Source: Clostridia bacterium
GTDB taxonomy: Bacteria > Bacillota > Clostridia > Christensenellales > UBA1242
Reading direction: 5' to 3'
DNA: 64,000 nucleotides
Assembly: GCA_017541375.1 (NCBI GenBank)
Contig: JAFXZE010000005.1
Coordinates: 448,153 to 512,152 of the forward strand
Both the position numbers and the translations under genes were made by a program. The notes beneath the pieces are model-generated. The model did no database searches. It was not told the DNA's origin and saw nothing but the letters and a program-made list of their open reading frames with translations. Below, piece by piece: positions 54,500 through 63,042 of the stretch (position 1 is the stretch's first letter; each line of letters starts with the position of its first letter).

Positions 54500-54755
54500 A
54501 AAATCCTCCTTTTGTGCTACGTGAGCGGCAACCGCTCGACCTTAGTAGGCTTCTCCCAAAGATGTAGTGTCTACTCTTCATATAGATGATACGGCTATAA
54601 ATTTTCTCGCAATGTAACTCGCTACGTATATGCTGTACATAATCAAATAGCTCCCAATGCTCGTGGCGAAGCTATTCGGTTCGAACTGGCAGTAACATGC
54701 GTTACTGAAACGAGCACGCGTTCGTTGGATGGAGTGTGGTCGCTCCCAAATCATT
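54500..54755 (-). promoter_or_regulatory. long structured, GC-enriched 5' leader of uppP; candidate cis-regulatory RNA
   Basis: There are about 255 nt between a TTGATT-17-(TGc)ATAAAC promoter and the uppP RBS. Several hairpins are present, for example aacga..tcgtt, agtaac-gcat-gttact, aatagct..agctatt and gagcgg-ttgc-cgctc. UUGGGAG occurs three times. Confidence 0.35.
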
Positions 54756-54867
54756 AGTAGTTTATGCAATCGACCAAATAATTAATCAAAAAGCATAAAA
54801 TAAACTATATATTTGCTTGCAAAAATGCTGAAAATTTGATATAATCACAGTTGGGAGGTGCGTAAAA

Positions 54868-55728
54868 ATGGCATTTAAATCAGGATTTGTGGCAATCGTT
54901 GGGCAAGCAAATGTAGGAAAATCTACTCTAATCAACCATTTAATAGGGAAAAAAGTAAGTATTGTAAGTCCCAAGCCACAAACCACACGAGACCAGATTT
55001 TGGGAGTTGATAATGGGGAAGATTATCAAATCATTTTTATAGACACTCCAGGGATTCATAAAACGAAGAATAAGTTGGATAAGCACATGCAAGAGACAAT
55101 CGATGAGGCGGCAGCTGATGTGGATGTGCTACTATATATAATTGATGGACACAAAGAGATAAGTCATGAGGACCTAAAAAGATTGGGGCAATACACCGAT
55201 AAAGGATATCCTGTATTTGTAGTGATAAATAAAGCTGATTTAGAAAATTATCAGACGATTTATCCAAAATTAGATAGAATAAAGGACTTAGCTGGTGTGG
55301 ATGAGTTTTTTGTGGTGAGCGCAAAGACTGGTAAAAACTTGGACGAATTAAAAAAAGCAATAATCAGTAAACTTAGCGATACTGTGGTGTATTTCCCTCG
55401 AGATGCTTACTCAGCCCAGAGTTTGGGGTTTGATTTAGCTGAACTCATTAGAGAGAAAATATTGTGGCTACTCGATGATGAAATACCGCATGGAGTAGGG
55501 GTGGAAATTACGGATTTAGTAAAGGGGGAAACCACTCATGTTAGCGCAACGATATACTGCGAAAAGGAAAACCACAAGGCAATAATAATAGGGGCAAAGG
55601 GAGCGATGCTAAGTAAAATAGGCACAGAGTGTAGGCTGGCTATGGAAAAAATGTTAGGGACCAAAGTTTTTTTAGAGCTATTTGTGAAAGTCAAATTAAA
55701 CTGGCGAGATAAGGTGAAATTTGAATAA
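54868..55728 (+). CDS. era: GTPase Era
   Basis: G1 GQANVGKST, G3 DTPG, G4 NKAD and a C-terminal KH domain. Promoter TTGCAA-17-TGaTATAAT at 54817-54845. Confidence 0.93.
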   Translation: MAFKSGFVAIVGQANVGKSTLINHLIGKKVSIVSPKPQTTRDQILGVDNGEDYQIIFIDTPGIHKTKNKLDKHMQETIDEAAADVDVLLYIIDGHKEISHEDLKRLGQYTDKGYPVFVVINKADLENYQTIYPKLDRIKDLAGVDEFFVVSAKTGKNLDELKKAIISKLSDTVVYFPRDAYSAQSLGFDLAELIREKILWLLDDEIPHGVGVEITDLVKGETTHVSATIYCEKENHKAIIIGAKGAMLSKIGTECRLAMEKMLGTKVFLELFVKVKLNWRDKVKFE

Positions 55729-55771
55729 AATAAAGCATAAAGTAAAGAATAAAAAGATAGAGGTCGAATAT

Positions 55772-56083
55772 ATGAAAAATAAAGGAAGTTTAGAAGAATG
55801 CAAAAGAATGCTATGGGATTTGTTTAAGGCAACAGGTCTATTAGAAGTATATAATGCATATAGAACATTTTGTGAAATTGTAAAATCGCGTGTAGTGAAA
55901 GATGAAAAAGTAGAAACTGAAAATGATAAAAAGACATTCTTAGGCTCAATGGCTAAGAGTGTGGCTGACGGTGCTGGCAATGTGAAAGTCAAAGTAATAA
56001 AAACGGTTGCTCGAGTTAGAAAAACGGTTGCTCAAGTTAGTAAAAAGGATAATAAAGACCGAGGTATAGGCAGTGGGAGTTAG
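55772..56083 (+). CDS. YqzL-like protein with a Lys-rich C-terminal extension
   Basis: MLWDLFKATGLLEVY resembles YqzL. The position between era and recO matches Bacillus. RBS gaggt precedes ATG 55772. Confidence 0.5.
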   Translation: MKNKGSLEECKRMLWDLFKATGLLEVYNAYRTFCEIVKSRVVKDEKVETENDKKTFLGSMAKSVADGAGNVKVKVIKTVARVRKTVAQVSKKDNKDRGIGSGS

Positions 56084-56810
56084 TGCAAAAAGTGTCGTTA
56101 CACAAGGAGTAGTGCTGTCAGCAGTTGACTACCTCGATAATGACAAAATTGTTTCGATTTTTACTCAGGACTTTGGGGTGATTTCAGCCAAAATAAAAGG
56201 CGTAAAGAAGGGGAATGCCAAACTTAAATTTGCGGCGTTGCCCTTTTGTTATGCACAGTTTAACTTAGCCACTCGAGAAGAGATGAGTGTCATTACAAAT
56301 GCTGTAGAAGTAGAGAGCTATTTTAAATTGACTCAAAACTATGATGCTTTGATAATTGGAAGTGCAATTTTAGAACTGGTGAGTATGGTTGGTCCCTCGT
56401 GTGAAACGGAAGTGCTATTTTACGCACTAATAAAGGCCTTGCATACATTAGCAGAATTTACTACACACCATAGCATTGTGTTGTTGCGCTTTATGCTGGG
56501 TATACTTAAGGTGAGTGGATATCAACTCAATTTGCAGGCGTGCGCAAAATGTAACAAGCATATGAAAGAAGCTTTTGTTGAACCGAAGAATGGTGCACTA
56601 GTATGTGCAGCATGTGCGCCTTTTGGTGCGGTGGAGGTTTCTAGCGAATTATTTGATATGCTAAGAGGAATGATAAAAGTTGATTTTGATAATCTGGGGC
56701 AGTTTGCAATTACTAAATTGCAGGAAAAAGAAGCGTTTTTGTTTGTGCAAAAACTCTGTGATATCCACTATGGGCGGCTTCTTAATAGTCTCAAACAAGT
56801 CATGTTTTAG
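56073..56810 (+). CDS. recO: DNA repair protein RecO
   Basis: OB-fold N-terminus (GVVLSAVDYLDNDKIVSIFT). Zn motif CAKCNK...CAAC. Synteny after era. Confidence 0.88.
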   Translation: MGVSAKSVVTQGVVLSAVDYLDNDKIVSIFTQDFGVISAKIKGVKKGNAKLKFAALPFCYAQFNLATREEMSVITNAVEVESYFKLTQNYDALIIGSAILELVSMVGPSCETEVLFYALIKALHTLAEFTTHHSIVLLRFMLGILKVSGYQLNLQACAKCNKHMKEAFVEPKNGALVCAACAPFGAVEVSSELFDMLRGMIKVDFDNLGQFAITKLQEKEAFLFVQKLCDIHYGRLLNSLKQVMF

Positions 56811-56929
56811 CAGCCTTATGTTATTTAAAGATATTTTTTGAAAAGTGCTAAAATTATTTGGCACTTTTTTAAGTTTATGGTAAACTAACAGCAATCGATA
56901 TTTTCGATAAAAAAGAAAGGAGAATGATT

Positions 56930-57373
56930 ATGAACAAAGATAATTACATTCCAAAAGATGTTAATCCTGATGACCTAAATAAACATAAAGGTGCTAGTCT
57001 AGTGTATCCACAATTGGTGCAAGAGTGGGATAAGTATGCTGATGGGCAGCGTAATAAGGATGGGACATTAAACGAGTATAGGTATGATTCTGTAGGACGT
57101 GTGGTATCTACAATGGTAATTCTAAGTGCCAAGGGAAGAGAAAAAGAATTGTTTGACTATTTTTCTAAAGAGAATGAGTTACCCACAGAACAAAAAGAGG
57201 AAATTTTGGCTAATGTTGCTTATTACACTAAAGGTAAAGCTGGAGTAGATTTATACCGTAAAGTATATGGTAAGTCTATTAGTCCAGAAATCGAAGGTTG
57301 GTTGAGTAATATAGAAGGGAGAAATAATAAATTTGAAGCAGAGCTTAGCCAACAAGGTATGCAAAAAAATTGA
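56930..57373 (+). CDS. hypothetical protein
   Basis: RBS ggaga lies 6 nt before ATG 56930. The nearest terminator is at 57517-57540, about 145 nt after the stop. Confidence 0.6.
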   Translation: MNKDNYIPKDVNPDDLNKHKGASLVYPQLVQEWDKYADGQRNKDGTLNEYRYDSVGRVVSTMVILSAKGREKELFDYFSKENELPTEQKEEILANVAYYTKGKAGVDLYRKVYGKSISPEIEGWLSNIEGRNNKFEAELSQQGMQKN

Positions 57374-57516
57374 TATGGATATGAATCAAAAATCTGTAAC
57401 TAGTGGGGTGCTTTTGAAGATTTGCAAAAGTATGTAGAAAATTTGCATAATGGAGTGGTGGCTGCTGGAAAAGTTACTCAAGACTCAAATAAAGAAGAAG
57501 GATTAGCAAAGCAGTA

Positions 57517-57540
57517 AAAGTAGGCAATGCCTACTTTTTC
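57517..57540 (+). terminator. intrinsic terminator
   Basis: Stem gtaggc-aat-gcctac followed by a T-run. Confidence 0.75.
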
Positions 57541-57680
57541 TATTTAAGTGTAGAAAACTTGCCTTTGGGCGAAGCTATTGAGATCAAGCGCTTGGCGCTT
57601 GCATGGTGCAGCGATGTCGCTGCAAAAAGAGAATAAATTTGCTTGCAAATTGGGAAAAAATAATATATAATTGAGTTGTT

Positions 57681-58145
57681 ATGGAAGAATATTTACAAAA
57701 ATTCATGATAGAAGCCATAAAAGAAGCGAAAAAGGCTGAGGTAGAGGGCGAGGTGCCGATTGGGGCCGTGATAGTGAAAAATGGCAAAATTATAGCAAGG
57801 GCAAGAAACACTAAAAATAAAACCTCAAATAGCATCAATCACGCAGAAATTTTAGTGCTCAATCGTGCAATGAAAAAATTAAATGATTGGCACCTAAATG
57901 ACTGTGATTTGTTTGTTACACTCGAACCATGTCCAATGTGCGCTGGAGCATGTATCAACGCTCGAGTTGGTAGAGTGATATTTGGTGCCTTAGACCCTAA
58001 AGCGGGTTGTTGCGGTACACTATATAATTTATGTCAGGATAAAAGATTTAATCACAATCTAGAAGTTATAGGTGGAGTATGTGAAGAAGAATGTGGCAAA
58101 ATGCTAAGCGACTTTTTTAAAAATATTCGGGAGGGTAAGCGATGA
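57681..58145 (+). CDS. tadA: tRNA adenosine(34) deaminase
   Basis: HAEILVL and PCPMCAGA zinc motifs. Confidence 0.92.
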   Translation: MEEYLQKFMIEAIKEAKKAEVEGEVPIGAVIVKNGKIIARARNTKNKTSNSINHAEILVLNRAMKKLNDWHLNDCDLFVTLEPCPMCAGACINARVGRVIFGALDPKAGCCGTLYNLCQDKRFNHNLEVIGGVCEEECGKMLSDFFKNIREGKR

Positions 58146-58972
58146 TAGAATTAAAGGAAGTAAATACAGAAAAAGAAATCAATATTGATATAGCGTCAGT
58201 GCTAGGAGAACCCAAAGAAGAGAAAGTAGAAATTGATGACGATATTGAGATAATCTTGATAAAATTACCCAATAAAATATTGGGGCAAAAGTCGAGCGAG
58301 ATAAAACTCTGTGGCAAATCGATGGCTGACTGGGTGAAGTTAGCATTTAATACTACTCCAACTGAGGTAGAACTCACTGAAAAAACAACGGTATTGCAGA
58401 TTGCTAAAGCGTATGCTAAAAAAACTTATACTGCGGTATTCTTCTCGGATACGCCATTACTTAGTAAAAAAGTCTTCGCCGCGTGTTTAAACTATGTAAA
58501 AAATAGGGGACTAAATGTAGCGTGCTTTGATAGAGGATATATTTTTATTACTTCAGCATTACAGACGCTAAAGGTATTGCCTTCTATTCCACTATCGAGT
58601 TTTGCAAAACTGCAAGAGTTTTTTGTAGTAGATGACGTAAACAAACTAATGCTAGCGGAGAAATTTTTGCGCAAGCGCATAATTGATTATCATATTAAAA
58701 ATGGAGTGCATTTCCTAGATGAAAGCACATGTATAATAGAATGTGATGTTGTGCTGGGGCAAAATGTGGAGATTTGGGGAGGAAATGTGTTGCGTGGAAA
58801 GACTAAAATTGGCAATGACACAATATTATTTCCCAACAACTATATAGAGGATAGTAGCATTGGTAGTAAATGCAAAATACTAAATAGCATAGTGCGAGCT
58901 AGTAAAATCAAAGATAATAGTGAATTACCCCCACAAACATGCGTGGAAAAGGGAATAATAAATAAGAGGTAA
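58142..58972 (+). CDS. short GlmU-like protein (nucleotidyltransferase-like N-terminus plus hexapeptide-repeat C-terminus)
   Basis: LCGKSMADWV resembles the GlmU L.GKPM motif. The C-terminus has left-handed beta-helix repeats. Only 276 aa. ATGA overlap with tadA. Confidence 0.55.
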   Translation: MIELKEVNTEKEINIDIASVLGEPKEEKVEIDDDIEIILIKLPNKILGQKSSEIKLCGKSMADWVKLAFNTTPTEVELTEKTTVLQIAKAYAKKTYTAVFFSDTPLLSKKVFAACLNYVKNRGLNVACFDRGYIFITSALQTLKVLPSIPLSSFAKLQEFFVVDDVNKLMLAEKFLRKRIIDYHIKNGVHFLDESTCIIECDVVLGQNVEIWGGNVLRGKTKIGNDTILFPNNYIEDSSIGSKCKILNSIVRASKIKDNSELPPQTCVEKGIINKR

Positions 58973-58977
58973 AAATT

Positions 58978-59526
58978 ATGAAAATGGTAGTTGGATTAGG
59001 AAATATTGGAGCTCAGTACGACAACACACCACACAATGTGGGATTTGCTGTGGTAGATAAGTTTGTAAGTAGCTTAGGATTATTTTTTAAGAAAAAGCGT
59101 AAGAATGGGTTAGTCATTGAGACAAAAGTAGATGGGGTGGATGTGTTGTTTGTAAAACCTCTCACTTTTATGAATAATAGCGGAGATTGTGTATATGCGT
59201 TGATGCGTAAATATAGAATTTCTCCAGATGATCTTTGTGTGGTATTAGATGATGTGGAACTATCAGCTGGGCTAGTGAGGGCAAGACCAGAAGGGTCGGC
59301 AGGCACACACAATGGGCTCAAATCAGTGACTGCTAGCGTCGGCACAACAGATTTTTTTAGAGTGCGAGTAGGGATTGATTCAGTTACTAGAGGCTCAGAT
59401 TTAGCAGAGTATGTATTGCGTAAAATGGACCCTAAGACCAAGGCAAATGTCGACATTGGGTTAGACAAAGCTGTAGATGTAGTAAAGACATTTATTACTT
59501 CAGGGCCTATATCAGAAACACTTTAG
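58978..59526 (+). CDS. pth: peptidyl-tRNA hydrolase
   Basis: VGLGNIG..Y..TPHNVGF and MNNSG motifs. Confidence 0.93.
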   Translation: MKMVVGLGNIGAQYDNTPHNVGFAVVDKFVSSLGLFFKKKRKNGLVIETKVDGVDVLFVKPLTFMNNSGDCVYALMRKYRISPDDLCVVLDDVELSAGLVRARPEGSAGTHNGLKSVTASVGTTDFFRVRVGIDSVTRGSDLAEYVLRKMDPKTKANVDIGLDKAVDVVKTFITSGPISETL

Positions 59527-59534
59527 GGGAAGAT

Positions 59535-62500
59535 ATGCAAAAGTTTTTATTGAGAAATGATTTGATAGCAGAAGTTGTCGATAGCGCAAAAAGGGAACAT
59601 GTAACTATAGTCGGGGGAGGTAGAGGCGAAAACACTCTGCTTTCTTCTCTTATAGATAAAATTTGCTATGTGGTCGATAGCGAACCAGATGCAGTAGCTA
59701 AGCAATTTACCGACCTTGGCAAAAGGGTGGGAGTACTCGACTATTTTAGTGATGATTTTTGTCTACACACTTTGGAGTTTGGTAGTAAATGTATCGAATC
59801 TCAAAGAGTGCTCTTTTCCGCACTAAGTGGAGATCTTGATGTGGTGGTGACTACGCCTCAAGTTTTGGGAATGCGTTTTGCTCCTAAAGAAGTGTGGAAA
59901 CAAAACTCTTTTGAAATAACTAGAGGGAATAATCTCAACCTTGATGATTTGGCTTTGCGACTTACTCAGGTAGGTTATACTCGGTTAGAGCGTGTGGAAG
60001 AGCGAGGACAATGGGCAAGGCGTGGTGATGTAATAGATATTTTCCCAATAAACTCCGATGTGCCATATCGAGTGCATTTTTGGGATACGGAAGTAGAAAA
60101 GATTACCAAATTTAATGTCTTAACTCAGTTTTCTACAGAGAATACTACTTGCGTTAGGATTGCACCTAATGGTTTTATGCTAGATAAAAAAGCGCAAAAT
60201 GAGGCTGTGGAGATAATCGATAGTCAAATAGTGCAATTAAAAAAACTGGCACAAAAATCTGACGATCCAGCGACATTTGAGGCCAATATGGAGGCTTTTT
60301 ATCGAGCTCGGGATATGCTAAAGGCCACAATTAGCCACACAGCATGGCAGTTTTGCGCATGTTTTGTCCCCAATGTAGGGTTGCCGACTCTATTGAGTGA
60401 TTTTACCTTTGTATTTGATCAGCCTCGAAACATTGTTTCAACCTTAAATTCGTTTGCTGAGGTTTGTGAAGAAAATCTACTTCTAAATATCAAGTCAGGA
60501 CAACTGTGTGCTCTTCATCATGATGTGATGCCAAATATCGAAATATTGAAGACTGAAATTGGTAAAAATAGTCTGAGTTTTATGTCTATACTTACTCAAA
60601 ACAATTTGGCTGAGCCAAAAGTGTTGAAAAATGTAAAATCTGCTGTTTGTCCACATTTGGGAAGAGATTACGCTAGTTTTGGTAAGGCTCTAGGTGATTT
60701 TGTAAGACAAGGGTATAAAGTCATCTTGTCTTTTGCTGATTTTACTAGTCTCAATGAAGTAAAAGAAAGGCTAAATAAACTCGGCGTGAAAGGGATAAAT
60801 ATATCTACATATAGCGAAGCCAAAGCAGAAATGATAAGCTACATTGTGAGTCCTCTAAATTTGAGTGCTTGTTTTGTTGACTTTAAAACGCTAATACTAG
60901 GGGCACAAGATCTGCGTTTTGAGCGAATAAAACCTAAGTGGGATAAAAAGATAGTGTCAGCTACTGAGGAATATGTGCTACCAAAGGCAGGAGACTATGT
61001 GGTGCATGCTTTTCATGGGATAGGAGTATGTGAAGGCGTGAAACAACTAACTGTAGGGCAAGTAAAACGAGACTATGTAGTGGTAAGTTACAAAAATAAT
61101 GATAAGGTTTATGTGCCAACTGAGCAAATGGACTTACTCGGGCGATATGTAGGAGGAGAAAAACCACAACTATCTACTGTTGGAGGGAAATCCTTTGAAA
61201 AGGTAAAGCAACAAGTCCGTAACAGTGTAAAAGAACTTGCCTTTGATTTACTTAGTCTATATCGTAAGCGTGAGCAGAGTAAGGGACTAGTGATGCAAGT
61301 AGATGATGATTTACTGCGTGAGTTTGAAGAAAGCTTTCCCTACACTCCTACGCCCGATCAGGAAAAGGCTTTTGTAGATGTGTATAGAGATCTTGCTAGT
61401 GGCAAAGTCATGGATAGACTGATAGTAGGTGATGTTGGTTTTGGTAAAACAGAAGTGGCACTGCGAGCTACATTTGTGGCCGTGATGAGTGGATATCAGG
61501 TAGTGCTTATCGCTCCGACTACCATTTTAGCGGAGCAACACTACAACACCTTTTTTACAAGGCTCGAAAAGTATGGGGTAAATGTCAAAAGTCTGACACG
61601 ATTTAAGACAGGCAAAGAGCAAGAAGCAATCCTAAGTGATATGCAAAAAGGCAAAGTAAATGTGCTAATAGGCACTCATAGAGTACTTAGTGATGATGTA
61701 AAATTTGACAATTTAGGATTATTGATATTGGATGAGGAGCAGCGCTTTGGTGTAGGGCATAAGGACAAACTTAAAACCACTCGCACTGATGTGCATGTGC
61801 TTACTCTTTCAGCTACTCCTATTCCTCGTACACTTCATATGTCGCTAGTGGGCATAAGGGATATATCTACTATCGAAACGCCTCCACTATCTCGACAGCC
61901 TGTGCAAACGGTGGTTTCAGCATTTAGTTTTCCATTATTGTCTTCTGCAATCAAGCGTGAGAAATCTCGTGGTGGGCAGAGTTTTGTAGTGTATCCTAGA
62001 GTAGAAACAATTGAGGTTTTTTCACATAGCTTAAGAGAGCAGTTGGGGGAAGGTTATACTATAGGCATTGTACACGGGCAAATGGATAAAAAAGTGATAG
62101 AGAGCGTGATGAGACGGGTGTATGATGGAGAAATTGATGTGTTGGTGGCGACAACTCTTATCGAAAATGGTATAGATTTACCTAATGCAAATACGCTTTT
62201 TGTGGTGGCAGCAGATAAGTTGGGGCTATCTCAGCTATATCAATTGCGTGGTCGTGTGGGGCGTAGTGACAAACTTGCATGGGCGTACTTTACATATGAA
62301 AGTGATCAAAAACTCAGTGTGGAGGCATATCAGAGATTGTCAGTGCTTATGCAATTTACTTCCCTTGGAAGTGGAATGAAGATAGCAATGCGAGACCTGG
62401 AGATAAGAGGAGCGGGAGACATCTTGGGGGCTAAGCAACATGGACAGATGGAAAAAGTAGGATATGATATGTATTGTAAATTGCTCAACTCCAGTATCGC

Positions 62501-62981
62501 TAGTCTAAGAGGGGAAGAAGTAAAGGAGAAGAAACCTGTCAAAATCGAAGTGGATATCAATGCTTTTATCCCAAAAGAATTTATTTCTGACGATGTTGAG
62601 CGGATGGAGGTGTATAGCGCAATAGCTAACATTCGATCTAGTGCTGATTATGATAGAGTGAAGCGAAATATTGATGATAAGTTTGGTAAAGTACCCACCT
62701 CTGTCGAAGGCTTGTTAGCAGTTGCTTTAGTAAAGAGCAAGTGTCAGTCCGTTGGGGCTGTGAGGGCAATTATAAACAAGACTCAGTCAGCTGTATACTT
62801 TGATTTTGATGTGGATGTAGATAATAAGTTGCGTTCATTAGCCTCGAGAAATTGGTCATATTTTCATAAGGATGGACTAATTTTACTCAAAAGTGACAAT
62901 ACTCTTATACAAAAATCACAAATATGGCCTTCGATTTTTGAACTTTTAGATAAATTACAAGCAAAATTTGTTGCTAAATAA
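59535..62981 (+). CDS. mfd: transcription-repair coupling factor
   Basis: UvrB-homology N-terminus, CarD-like domain, SF2 helicase motifs (GDVGFGKTEVA, DEEQRFG, TATPIPRT) and a TRCF C-terminus. Confidence 0.95.
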   Translation: MQKFLLRNDLIAEVVDSAKREHVTIVGGGRGENTLLSSLIDKICYVVDSEPDAVAKQFTDLGKRVGVLDYFSDDFCLHTLEFGSKCIESQRVLFSALSGDLDVVVTTPQVLGMRFAPKEVWKQNSFEITRGNNLNLDDLALRLTQVGYTRLERVEERGQWARRGDVIDIFPINSDVPYRVHFWDTEVEKITKFNVLTQFSTENTTCVRIAPNGFMLDKKAQNEAVEIIDSQIVQLKKLAQKSDDPATFEANMEAFYRARDMLKATISHTAWQFCACFVPNVGLPTLLSDFTFVFDQPRNIVSTLNSFAEVCEENLLLNIKSGQLCALHHDVMPNIEILKTEIGKNSLSFMSILTQNNLAEPKVLKNVKSAVCPHLGRDYASFGKALGDFVRQGYKVILSFADFTSLNEVKERLNKLGVKGINISTYSEAKAEMISYIVSPLNLSACFVDFKTLILGAQDLRFERIKPKWDKKIVSATEEYVLPKAGDYVVHAFHGIGVCEGVKQLTVGQVKRDYVVVSYKNNDKVYVPTEQMDLLGRYVGGEKPQLSTVGGKSFEKVKQQVRNSVKELAFDLLSLYRKREQSKGLVMQVDDDLLREFEESFPYTPTPDQEKAFVDVYRDLASGKVMDRLIVGDVGFGKTEVALRATFVAVMSGYQVVLIAPTTILAEQHYNTFFTRLEKYGVNVKSLTRFKTGKEQEAILSDMQKGKVNVLIGTHRVLSDDVKFDNLGLLILDEEQRFGVGHKDKLKTTRTDVHVLTLSATPIPRTLHMSLVGIRDISTIETPPLSRQPVQTVVSAFSFPLLSSAIKREKSRGGQSFVVYPRVETIEVFSHSLREQLGEGYTIGIVHGQMDKKVIESVMRRVYDGEIDVLVATTLIENGIDLPNANTLFVVAADKLGLSQLYQLRGRVGRSDKLAWAYFTYESDQKLSVEAYQRLSVLMQFTSLGSGMKIAMRDLEIRGAGDILGAKQHGQMEKVGYDMYCKLLNSSIASLRGEEVKEKKPVKIEVDINAFIPKEFISDDVERMEVYSAIANIRSSADYDRVKRNIDDKFGKVPTSVEGLLAVALVKSKCQSVGAVRAIINKTQSAVYFDFDVDVDNKLRSLASRNWSYFHKDGLILLKSDNTLIQKSQIWPSIFELLDKLQAKFVAK

Positions 62982-63042
62982 TTGCATAAATTTTAGTTTT
63001 GTGTTATAGTAAATTTACATTTAGAAAATTTGGAGATGAATT

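Noticed and set aside
54500-54790. Possibility that the structured region is tmRNA, RNase P RNA, SRP RNA, 6S RNA or a T-box.
   Set aside because: None of the expected cores is present on either strand:
- no tRNA-like acceptor with a CCA end and no ..ALAA tag frame
- no GAGGAAAGUCC (RNase P)
- no SRP domain IV motif
- no end-to-end pairing of the 6S type
- no T-box 14-mer
It is kept only as an unclassified leader.
57371-57402. Stop-codon reassignment (TGA or TAG read as sense) to explain in-frame stops here and at 27102-27218.
   Set aside because: Conserved genes in the window end exactly where expected on TGA (tadA, the PHP phosphatase) and on TAG (whiA, recO, pth, veg). The standard code therefore applies.
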